A stretch of 64,000 nucleotides of DNA, from positions 186,001-250,000 of the forward strand of contig OZ025709.1 of the NCBI GenBank assembly GCA_964019335.1. Direction: 5' to 3'. Positions 53,948 through 64,000 of this stretch are shown here, piece after piece. This DNA is from Diplonema japonicum. Its lineage: Eukaryota; Protista; Euglenozoa: Diplonemea. Positions within the stretch are counted from its first letter, which is position 1. Each line of letters begins with the position of its first letter. The notes beneath the pieces were generated by a model, which made no database searches, had not been told where the DNA came from, and saw only the letters and a program-made list of their open reading frames with translations. The position numbers were made by a program, and so were the translations under genes.

Positions 53948-54654
53948 TTTTTTTGTACAATGGGCGGAGGGGGAAGAAAGATAAGATTAACAACAATGGG
54001 GAATCTAGGGAAGTGTATAACCTATTTTTTTCTGGGGGGGGAGTAAAAGACGGCAAGAACTGAGAAGCACAATAGAAGGAAAAAAAAAGAACTGGGTCCA
54101 AAGTACGAAGGATATAATAGTGGAGGGGGGATATAAAAAGATGTCTCTCTCTCTTAATAAAAATCCTACTTTTTTTTTTTTCTTTTTTTCGCGCATGCTA
54201 GCGGATAATATAGCTGTGGTTCGGAGGGGGTTAATCTCAGAACCTGCTAGGGAAAAAAAAATCACCTAACTGCGCTGCCAAACGAAATAGTTTAGTTAAT
54301 AGGGTGAAGTAGCTCGTTGACTGCCCTCTTTAGCGAAAACTAAAGGAGAGAAAAAAAAAAGTAGAAGAAACGCTAAGGATCAGAGGGAAGCAGTACCACC
54401 CCTAAACGAACACGCGCATTGCAACACGTAGTCAAGCACCCAGTCTGGAAGGAGGAGAACACACTTGCCTAATTATGATAACGGAGTTGGGGAAGACAAA
54501 AAAAAATCTACGGTGAGGGGGTATGATAACAAAATGAATCTTAGTCATTCCCCTCCCTTCATTTAAAGTTTATTTGCGATCACGAAAATAAAAGAGTAGG
54601 GGGGAATGAAACGAAATAGGGCAGTCTGATAAAAGAGATTAAGAATAGAAAAAA

Positions 54655-54727
54655 CTCCCCCTGTTGGGTTCGAACCAACGACCTGCAGGTTAACAGCCTG
54701 ACGCGCTACCGACTGCGCCAAGGGGGA
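54655..54727 (-). tRNA. tRNA-Asn (GTT)
   Basis: Cloverleaf: TCCCCCT/AGGGGGA acceptor, GCGC D-stem, CTGTTAA anticodon loop, GTTGG-TTCGAAC-CCAAC T-arm, G discriminator. T-run terminator directly 3' and TATATA about 25-30 nt upstream. Confidence 0.96.
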
Positions 54728-54846
54728 TTGCGATCTTCGCAGGCGGTATTGATATATATGTCTACATTCTCAGAAGTTGCGACACCAAAGACAAATTTGT
54801 CTTTGGTTTTCTAAACGAGATTCCCTTTTCTTCTCATTTTTTTTTT

Positions 54847-56215
54847 GAGAAAAACTACAAACACGACAACCAAATGAAAATTTTCCACCGTTCAAGCAAC
54901 CCGAATTTCATTTTCCACCAAACACGGAAACCCAATTTCGTTTTTCCACCAAAAATGATACCCTAATTTCGATTTCCACCAAACACAGAAACCCAATTTC
55001 AATTTTCCACCGTTCCCTGTAAACCATCAAAATTTTCCTTTAGGAAACCTAATTTCGAATTTCCACCAAACACGGAACCTTTCGCATTTTCGTTTTTTTG
55101 ACAATAGGAATAAATGATTAGGCAAAAGGAAAAAAAAGGGGGGGGGTGAATGACTCTACACTATGACACTACGTTAGCTGGGTCTGCTTCAGCTCAGAAG
55201 AGCACTTCTAGGAGTCTGCGGCTGTGTCCCCTCTCCTTCGCTCAGTTTCCTCTTATCCCAACGAGGGTCTCCCAGTTCTTGAGTTACAACGGGGGGCTTG
55301 AGGTTATCTTCACACAGGACCCTGACAGAAGGCGGGCGGGGGGTGGCGAAATACATTAAACGCCAAGCGGCGACCCGCAAACACTTGGGAAGGAGATCCA
55401 AGTGGTTCTTGTGCCCCGCGGGCCACAGCACAAATGTGGACGCAGGGTGTTTTCAACACATCCAACCCTGCAGCACACTCAACCCCCCCCGACACCACTC
55501 AGAGAAAGAGACTGTGGCCCTTTGAGCAGAACCCAAGGCCCACCTACGTTGTGTGCTTGCCACTTTCGAAACTGTGGCTTGCGTCATTCTTGGTGGAGAC
55601 AGCGGCGCAAATCCGCATGTTGCAATTGCCAACAGGGAAAGAAATGGTGGCACGGTTGTTTTTTCTGACGCTCTGCTTGGCTCTGCGTTCGTCAAACCCA
55701 AACAGGGCCACCGCCGTCCCCACAATTGTGGCGAAGACGGTGTCCTTGGCCAGGGGGTTAGAACGCCGTGCAACGTGGTTGTGAATAAGGAAGAAGGCGA
55801 AATAAATCAAAGAAGGCTGTGGTAAGTAGTGATAAAGGTTTGGAGTCAGTCAAGTAAAGGACAGTGGAAGGTGGAAAAACTTTTCGAGGATACCGTGGTG
55901 GTGGAAATAATTTTCGAAGTTACCGTGGAAGGTGGAAAAAGCCTTGGTGGTTACCGTGGATGGTGGGAATTAATTTTCGAGGTTACCGTGGATGGTGGAA
56001 ATATGCCGCCAAGTTGCCGTGGTTGGTGGATTTCAAAAGTGGTTACCGTGGATGGTGGACAAAATATTTTGAAAACGTGTTTGGTGGATATGAAATTGCA
56101 AGTTTCCGTGAACAATAGAGAAATATATTCGAGTTACCGTGGACAAAGGGCAAAAAACAGATTACAGAGTTTGGTGGAAAATCAAAATTCGCTTGTCGTG
56201 TTTGTAGCTTTTCTC
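54847..56215 (-). mobile_element. Non-autonomous Mutator-like element with repeat-built long TIRs and a decayed SWIM transposase fragment
   Basis: TIR GAGAAAA(A/G)CTACAAACACGACAA; subterminal arrays of TTTCCACC (left) and GGTGGA (right); T-runs on both flanks; internal frameshifted KTPCVHICAV...LLPKCLRVAAWRLMY. Confidence 0.82.
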
Positions 56216-56336
56216 TTTTTTTTTTTTTTTTTTGACACAAACACCCCCCCGTCTTTTTCTTTTCAAAATCTTCCAAAAAACAAAAAAAAGAAGAAAAAAA
56301 AAAAATGATCTGATCTATAATCTTCCCTTCCCCACC

Positions 56337-57290
56337 CTATAACATCTGTATCTCTCCCCTGCGCCTCTCCGCGATTTTTCGCTTCAGCTGTTCATACACC
56401 GTGTAAGATATCGCGGCTGACGGGGCGACCTTGAGAAGCGATGGTATAAAGCCCGAGTAAAGGCCTCTAATACCGTGGGAAGAGTAGGTTTGCCGGAAAC
56501 AATCGACAGGACCGCTGAAGAGGATAGGCCGATCCAGAGTCATGCCCTGCGCTTGAAGCCGGATGCGCACCACTCCAAGAGGGTACGTACAGGACTGCGC
56601 GATGATAGAGGAGACCATTCCTGCAGCAAGCAGAAAGTTCCACGTGGGAGGGTGCCCGACACTTGCAGTGTACTTATTTTTCACTGTTTCAAAGATCATA
56701 AGGTCCAATCCTGAGTAAGGGATCACCCCTATAATGCTTATCCCAAGTCCTTTATACATGGCCCTCCAGCCTTCATATCTCAGCATTCTTGTAACAACAT
56801 GGCCGAGCATTCCTCCATATTTCGGGTCATGACGGTAAACACCGGTCTCGGAGGCAGCGAGCCTGGTTTTAATTACGTCTAAGGGGTATACTAGGGCTTG
56901 TCCTGCCATGCCTGCGGCGGCGCCTGCGCAGAATTGGTTTGATAGATTTTGTGTGTCGCCGGAGCGTGGTTTGAGGGTTTCGAAAATCGCGAACTTCAGG
57001 GACAGTTCCGGCATCACTTTCAACACGTTTGTGAAGTTGCCTCGCCAAAAGGCTGTCGCGCCTCCTTCTCGATATATCATCCTTAGCCCGCCCACTACGC
57101 CTGCTGAGCGGCTAGATAGTTTTACCTTTTGCGTGCCTCTGAATGCATCCCGCAGAGCCATCAGGGTTTTCAACCTGTCCAACGGTGCTGTACAGCTCCT
57201 GCTCACCGCTCCCGCCACCATGCCGCATGTTACAATTTCGGAGAGTGGTGGCTTGCTTCTTACTTTTAACTCGTCATCTTCTTGTGCCAT
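56337..57290 (-). CDS. Mitochondrial carrier (SLC25), ATP-Mg/Pi-carrier-like without EF-hands
   Basis: Three repeats with PLDRLKT, PLDVIKTRL and PLGVVRIRLQ; FWRGNFTNVLKVMPE; LLKVAPSAAISYTVYE. Confidence 0.92.
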   Translation of the reverse strand: MAQEDDELKVRSKPPLSEIVTCGMVAGAVSRSCTAPLDRLKTLMALRDAFRGTQKVKLSSRSAGVVGGLRMIYREGGATAFWRGNFTNVLKVMPELSLKFAIFETLKPRSGDTQNLSNQFCAGAAAGMAGQALVYPLDVIKTRLAASETGVYRHDPKYGGMLGHVVTRMLRYEGWRAMYKGLGISIIGVIPYSGLDLMIFETVKNKYTASVGHPPTWNFLLAAGMVSSIIAQSCTYPLGVVRIRLQAQGMTLDRPILFSGPVDCFRQTYSSHGIRGLYSGFIPSLLKVAPSAAISYTVYEQLKRKIAERRRGEIQML

Positions 57291-57851
57291 TTCCTTTTTT
57301 TAGGGTAGGATGGGATAAGAAAGAAAAATAAAAGGATAAAAAATAAAAAACAAAGTGGGTAACAAAGTGGCTTTATTTAAAAAAAAAAGAAAAAAAGAAG
57401 AAAAAAAAGAAAAAAAAAAGCTGTGGGGGATAGAAAAAAAAATAATAAATAAATAAAAAAGAAGAAAAATATAAAAAAAAAAAAAACTTGTCCACTTAAC
57501 AGTACTTTTCACCCAGGGAACTACAAACCCCCTCCCCCTCATCGAGAAAAAAAAAAATGCACCTTGTTACCCTTCTTAAGGTGTTCTTATTTTTTTTTTT
57601 TTTTTTTTTTGTTTTGTTTTTTATTCTTTTTGTTAAAGCCATCGGACATAACCCAGAGAAAGGAAAAAGAGAAAAGAAAGAAAGAAAAAAAGGAGTGAGA
57701 CAGGAAAAGGAGTGAGAGTGTAGGGTGTGCGAGAATGCAGGGGGGGGAGGGGAGAGCTACATACACAAGACTGTACTCGTAAAATATTACAAAACCAGAA
57801 GAAGGGAAAAAGGAAAAAAGAAAGAAAAGAAGAAAAAGAAAACTGCTTCCT

Positions 57852-57882
<31 letters not shown>

Positions 57883-57939
57883 CTTACGGTTTCAATAGTT
57901 ACGGATACGGTGAAGAGAAAAAAAAGAAGCAGAAGGTAC

Positions 57940-57982
<43 letters not shown>

Positions 57983-58845
57983 ATGGTGGTGTGATTGTGC
58001 GAGTTTGTGTTTCAAAAAGGCTTTGATTGCAACACTAGGTGGCGTTAATGAGCGTGCAATGAATCACGAACTACTTACTTGATTACAGGGGGCGCTCCTC
58101 GGCCGAGCAGTAGCTTCTTCTACGTTCCGCGTCGTGTCCTTAATGCGTGCGGTGTGCTCAACCCTAGCCGGGGCGTCCCGGGTAACCAAGATTCTGCGCT
58201 CGTGCAGTTTGCTGCCTGTTCGTCACCCTGAGCATCTGCGTTACGTTCTTCCACTCGGGCGCTACCGGTGATGACCGACGAGGAGGTCAACAGCGAACAA
58301 CACATCTGATGTACTTCTTATATTTTCATGTTATCCCCACCACCTTCTCTCTAAAAAAAAAAAAAAAAATAGAGTCGAGGGACTCGTTCTTGCGAAGGGG
58401 AGAACAAATATATGAGTTAAAGGAGGCCGGTATTGGCGGCGCCCTACACCGGCCTCCGCCCAACAAAGAAATCCTAACTAACACCAAGAGAAAAGAAAAG
58501 AAATAAAAAGGAAAAAAAAAAAAAAGGAGCAAGTGACGGGGGAATGGACACATACGCCAGTGTGGTAAGGGTGAGGGAGATCTCTCTCTTTCTTCAATCT
58601 CTCCTCCCGCCCTCTCTTCAATCCCTACACCTTTTACCACAACTTTCTTTCTTACTACCTTTTTTAAAACCCAACACAAACTTAACTAACAGACATCAGA
58701 GGAGGCAGAGAGGGGAGCTACAAGTAAAAAAAAAAAAAAAAAAAAAGAAGGCCGCACCACAAGAGAGAACCTGCAACTAGCGTTCTCTGCTTCTGTGGCG
58801 GTGGTGAGGTATCCCCCCACACACACTCCTTTCCTCTTCCCGCCA

Positions 58846-58877
<32 letters not shown>

Positions 58878-59456
58878 TTTCTACCCTCTTCTCCGAGAGA
58901 GCGAAAATATAAAAAAAAAAAAAATGAAGGGGAAAAAACAAAGTAAAGGAAGACACAATACAGATGGACGGAAACTTATTCTGTTTTTTTTTTTTTTTTT
59001 GCATTTGCTAATGTATCTCCTGAGTATGGTACAAAAAAAAGGGGGGGGGGAGTATGTGCGGGCAGAAGGGGAGAGGGGGAAAGAAAAAAAAAATACACAT
59101 TTTTGTTTTTTTTTTTTCACACGCGAGAACCACAGCACAATCTCCTGAGGTTTTTTCTTTTTTTTCTTTTTTTTTTCTTTTTTTTGAATGAGAACTACTA
59201 AGTCACCCCTCTCTCTTTTTTTCTTTCCTTTTTCTTTCCTCATTTTTTTTTTTTTTTTAAACTACATCCATCCTCTTCCTTCTACCCTTCGACCCCTTTG
59301 CCTCATCTCCCCCCCCTTTTTTTTTCTTCCCTGTGTTTGTCTTTTTTTTTTTTTTTTTTAAGGCGGCATGGGATAGAAGAAAAATAAATAAATAAACCAC
59401 CCTTTGAAATGTCAAAGCAAACTCCAGACTTTCTTGCCTTGCAAAAGAAGAAGGAG

Positions 59457-59487
<31 letters not shown>

Positions 59488-59688
59488 CTTTTAGATCAGC
59501 AGGGAACCCAAACACTTAGAGAGGTGTTGTGTGTTATTTCTTGATCACCAAAACGGGAAAAATGGAGTGCTTTCTTTTGTGTGAAAAGGGAAGGGAGGGG
59601 GGGGGAAACCCCCCAGGACCCCCTCCCCCCCTTTCAAACATAACATTAAAATAAGCTATAAAATCTGCGCTTGCAACATGCGGCACCG

Positions 59689-59722
<34 letters not shown>

Positions 59723-60831
59723 AACGTTTTACCCGCCCCCTTTTTTTCTTCGTTCTTTCATTTCTTTCTCATTTCAAGACGAGGGGGGTCAAAGGCGTTT
59801 CGAAAGTGAGCACAGGGGGGGTACTAAGCCTCCCTCCTGAGTGCACAAAATCTACTTCTTTTTTTTTTTCTGTTCTCCCCCTCTCTACCCCTCACTCTTT
59901 CTTTTCCCCAAGTGTTAAATATAGTAAAGAGAAATATACTAGGCAGGCCGACCGAAGAATAGTTCTTTTTGGGGATATAATTGACTTCGCCCCCCCTCCC
60001 CCACCACAAAAAATGGAAAAATAAACAAGCACTGTAAAACAAAAACAAAAACAAAAACAAAAACAAAAAAAAATTCGTCGTCCGGCATTAATTCTTTTTT
60101 CTTTTTTCTTTTTTTGAGCAGCTAGCTCAAACCTTTACGGCGCAGACACCCGTTGTGCCTAGGTGGATCCCTTCGTGGGAAGCCCTTCCTCGGGACACAA
60201 GCTCTGTATCACAGGCCCTCCACCTCTAAAAAAGCCGAGAATTTATTTTTTAAGGATTTAAGACAAGAACAGATAGAACCACAAGCTGGCAATTTTTTTT
60301 TTTTTTTTTTTTTTTTTTGTTTCTACAGTAAAAAATCGAGAAATGATAAAATATGCCTCCACGGACTGAGACAAAGGGTAGGGAGGAAACAGGTAAACAG
60401 GTAAAACGAAGAAAAGCAAAAGAACCAACCCAAATGAGAAGAGGGGGGGGGGGGGACATGAGGACTTTTTTTTCCATTTTTTTTATTTCTTTTTGTTTTC
60501 TTCCCTTTCTCGTATTGCACACATCAAACAGGGGGGGGGGGGGGGTAGAAGTGGGAAGGGCAAAAAAAGAAGAACAAGAAAATATGGTACACTTTTTTTT
60601 TTTTTTTTTTAAATTTCTCATTTCTTTTTTTTTCCCTTTTCTGTTTTTTGCCACTTCTTTGATATGGTACACTTTTTTTTTTTTTTTTTTTCCTTCTTCT
60701 TTCTTACAAAGGGGAGAAAAAAAAAGGGGGGAACAGGGAAACGAAACAAAAAAAAAAACAAAAAAAAGCACGAACACACTATCTCAATCTAGCTCTCGGT
60801 TTTTTTTCTTCTTTTTTTTTTTTCTTTCCCC

Positions 60832-61632
60832 TTAAAAATCACAAACTTCCATAGGGGGTGATATCGAGTCTAGCTTCAATTCAGCACCCATCGGTTTTCT
60901 CTGATATCTATTCTCGGAGAAGCATTGAGAACAAGCCACGTTCACCGGCAGTATTTTTTTCTTGGGGGTAGTGACATCTAGGATATTTTTGAGGGGGTTA
61001 AGAGACCGACTAGGCGGAACCGTTCCCACTAGATCTTCATTTTCCAGACTTTGATCCAAAGGCGCTTCATTGTCAAAACCTGACAAATCTAGATATGACC
61101 GGATCCGAACCGGGAAGCCACCGGCCATATCATCCAAACCTGAAACACTAATACTTTTACTGAATAATGGGCTTGATGGGCCCGCACCCATATATTCCCC
61201 GCTAACACATGGGTGTGCTAGCAGCCGGGAGAAATCGTCACTGCTCTGCAATTTCGGAAACGAGCAAATCACATTCTCGCCGGTTGTGCCTTGAAAAGGA
61301 AATGTGAGTGTATAAAATTTTTTTCTCCCCCCCCCCATACCTTTTTCTGCCAGGATGCTTTCAATCTCAGACCCTGCCAAAGCTTTAGGTGTCCCCGGCT
61401 CCGACAAATCAATCTAAAAAAAGAAAAAAGAAATAGAGATTTTTTTTTTTTTTTTTTATAATACCTGATATTTTGCTATCTTTACCAAAGGGGTAGGTGC
61501 ATATATAGCTGAGCCTTCCTCGTAGGAAGCTTCCTCCGAAACGGCTTGGCCTGCTCCAGTCCTGCTAGGTACTCTTGCAGGAATTGTAACTGGGGATGAC
61601 GGCAGCACAAGCGTAGCTAGACCTCCAGACAT
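60832..61632 (-). CDS. Hypothetical protein (249 aa); join(61465..61632,60832..61413)
   Basis: ATG at 61632 opens a 56-codon exon. A 51-nt intron (61414-61464, GTATTA...TTTTAG) joins it in frame to the 60832-61407 ORF. Confidence 0.7.
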
Positions 61633-61894
61633 TTTGTATTATTAAAGGGATTTTTTTTTTTTTGGAGGGAAAGAGAATGGAAGGGGGAAGATAGCAGCAA
61701 GAATTAAAAGGGAGAAATAATAAATAAAAAAAAGGAGAGAGATGGCAAGGTATTTTGTTTATATTGTTGCGATGAATGAGCCTCTTAAGAAAAAAATATA
61801 ATTAGGGTAGGGAAAGGGGGGGGGGGGGGGGGGGGGAGGATGCTTTTGTGATCACGATGTGTTTGCCAACCTGAAGTGAAAGTTATTATTTTTT

Positions 61895-63218
61895 GAGAAA
61901 ACTTCTAACTTGACCCCTAAGTTCGAGAAATGCTCAAAATCCACCCCCTTAGTTTGAGAAATGTTCAAGGTCTATCTTTAAGGAGGAAAAAGTTTCTGAT
62001 CCGGTCCCCAAGGTTTCTTAAATCTCTGTGTAGTACCCCAAATCTTCAAAAAAACTCATACTCACCCCTAAGTTTTAAAATGCGTGAATTCGGTCCCCTT
62101 AGTTTCATAAATGCTCAAAGTAGACCCCCTTGGTTTTCAAAATGTTCAAATCCGGACCCCTTAGTTTCGGAAATACACAACCTGGGCCCCCGATGTTTCA
62201 TAAATGCTCAACATTTTTTCACCCCAACATTTCCTACAGCTCTTTTCCCCATCATTATATCACAAAAACCAATCCTGGCTTTCTTTTTTTTTTTTTTTTT
62301 TATTTATAGTTTGATGAAGAAGTGGCAGAGTACCTGAGAGCCATTGACCCCACCAAATGGGCTGACTTGCACTTCCCCACCTGCTGTTTTGGAGTTTACA
62401 CCGACGGGAAGCACCAAGTCGACCTCAGAGGGACGTTCATCGTTGGCGCTAAAGCAGAGCTGCTCTTGCCCTCTCTTCAGGAGAGAAGGGCTTCCTTGCG
62501 CGCATCTCTGTACAGCCTGCTCAAAAGAGAGCATCGATGTCCTTGGCATGGTTGCCCCATTTCTTCGATATGGCTTTCATCGGCTTGCATACGCGGGTAT
62601 CCTCCAGCCCAAAATACCTGGGCCGAAGACGGCACTTTACCGCCCATTTTCAAGAAAGGTGTAGGGAGGAAAAAGAAGAGGATCCCCAGCAAGAGCGAAA
62701 GGAAGAATGCCTGCAGTCGTTGCGGTGTTCTTGGCCACAAAACTTCGGCGTGCACCAACTCTCCTGATCCTCCAAGAAGAAGCAAAGGTTTTCTTTCAAA
62801 TGCTGTAATCTTTTACACAGAAAGACACCTTCGACGCAGCCCTCTAAGAAGTAGCCTTGGTTACCCGGGCTGTCTTTTTCTTTTCCTTTCAAGTTGCCTA
62901 TTGTTAAGGAACATGCATGCGCACAACCTTGTTGAGCATTAATGAAACATAGGGGACCCAATCGGGTTATTCATGAAACTAAGGGGGGGTTTTTTGAGCA
63001 TTTTGAAAACTAAGGGGTTGACTTTGAGCGGTTTCCCACCGTAGGGGCCTAGTTAGGGCATTTGAAAACCTGAGGGGGCGGACTTTGAACACTTTGGAAA
63101 CTTAGGGGGCGGGATTTGAGCGTTTTGAAGACTTAGGGGGTGGACTTTGAGCATTTTGGAAACCTAGGGGTCGGAATTTGAGCGGTTCAGAAACTTAGGG
63201 GTCGAGTTAGGACTCTAG
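61895..63218 (+). mobile_element. Internally deleted Mutator (MuDR) element
   Basis: 9-bp TSD TTATTTTTT (61886-61894, 63219-63227); inverted arrays of about 30-bp CCCCTTAGTTT..AAATGCTCAAA; frameshifted transposase pieces YLRAIDPTKW..FGVYT, SWIM CSC..GLPCAH and zinc knuckle CSRCGVLGHKTSAC. Confidence 0.88.
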
Positions 63219-63390
63219 TTATTTTTTTTATTGAAACAAGAAACAGAAGTTTAAAAAAAAAATAAAAAAATACATTCACAAAAAAAAAGGGGGGAAAAAA
63301 CAAAACAAAAAAGAAAGAGAGAAAAAAGGCGATGTTTAAGGGCAAATCCGACTTGAGGACCACCCTTAAAAAAAGATCTAGTTTAAGAAA

Positions 63391-64000
63391 TCACCACACC
63401 CGTTGGGGCCCTGTAAACACCGGGGACCCAGCATCCACAAACATATCGGGACAAGATAAGGCAAGGCATCTCAGCAGGCTCTTTGTTGCTATCGTTGTAG
63501 CTTCCTGGGGCACGACACCTTGCTGCTGCCTTCTTGCAGGAGAAACATCGCTGGAACCACAGTTTGAGCCTGCAAGATGCTGAAACGCTTGGAGGCCCGC
63601 GTTAAAAAAAGCAAGCGAGGCAGCCCTGCGATGCGGAGCAGCAGTGTATTTATACAGCAAGGACAAGAGCGTCACAAAAGGAAAAGTAGGTTCAGACCAA
63701 GTCCCTGAAGGGAGCGATGCCACTGTGTGCTTAACGACATCATCAAGCAGCAGGTTGATGACAGAAGGAGGAAGGTGAAAAGAGTGCGAAAGCTGGGAGT
63801 GAACCGATACCGCGGTAAGGTAACCCGAGATGGCACCGAAACGTATTGTCCCAGGGTTTTGTATCTCCTCGTACTCTTCGAATATTCTTCTCAGCACCAC
63901 CAAGTCACCGTGGGTGAGCTTGAAACACCGCTCCGCCCTGGGGCGTTCCCTCCGTCTCCACTCTGCTTCTGCCCCGTACCAAACATCATGACCTCCACCA
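63391..64000 (-). CDS. Hypothetical protein, 3' part (start outside window)
   Basis: The frame of ORF 63391-63903 stays open to the window edge; coding-like composition without homopolymers. Confidence 0.7.
   Translation of the reverse strand, partial: GGGHDVWYGAEAEWRRRERPRAERCFKLTHGDLVVLRRIFEEYEEIQNPGTIRFGAISGYLTAVSVHSQLSHSFHLPPSVINLLLDDVVKHTVASLPSGTWSEPTFPFVTLLSLLYKYTAAPHRRAASLAFFNAGLQAFQHLAGSNCGSSDVSPARRQQQGVVPQEATTIATKSLLRCLALSCPDMFVDAGSPVFTGPQRVW

Noticed and set aside
58150-58170. Telomerase-RNA template (AACCCTA), or a U1-like 5' end near 58071
   Set aside because: Only a 7-nt match, flanks do not extend it, and no Sm site or U1 stem-loops are recognisable.
60789-60846. Additional 3'-terminal introns in the 60832 and 63391 genes
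   Set aside because: GT donors exist near the stops, but no acceptor yields a convincing terminal exon.

Overview
Eukaryotic (protist) genomic DNA with long A/T/G homopolymer-rich spacers. All 18 supportable protein-coding genes and a tRNA-Asn lie on the minus strand, like a euglenozoan directional gene cluster. The few GT-AG cis-introns suggest a diplonemid-like rather than trypanosomatid source; the taxon is an inference. Genes, in order: two LVIVD beta-propeller surface proteins, a 10x RanBP2-zinc-finger/pseudo-PARP protein, a PPR-like protein, a multi-zinc-ribbon protein, a small DUF1746-like membrane protein, a Kelch-SH3-PDZ-like protein, a DUF3626-Tudor-NZF protein, two MMPL/RND-like membrane proteins, an FGD-like RhoGEF, two RPL28 genes, a PPP phosphatase, an LRR protein, a 2591-aa repeat protein, tRNA-Asn(GTT), a mitochondrial carrier and two hypothetical genes. 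Mobile DNA: a piggyBac-type MITE plus a probable second piggyBac end, two internally deleted Mutator elements, two head-to-tail dimers of subterminal-inverted-repeat elements, and a dispersed structured repeat. Most notable: (1) seven predicted mini-introns of 47-61 nt missed by the ORF track (one expanded to 1114 nt by an insertion), six of them 44-83 nt before the end of the CDS and several with poly(A) instead of a pyrimidine tract; (2) paralog pairs with DNA-identical frameworks and sharply bounded variable extracellular segments; (3) MMPL-like proteins whose Asp-Tyr proton-relay pairs are replaced by Gly-His and Cys-His; (4) a ZAP/PARP13-like zinc-finger plus pseudo-PARP architecture. All domain calls are by eye from motifs; no database search was run.
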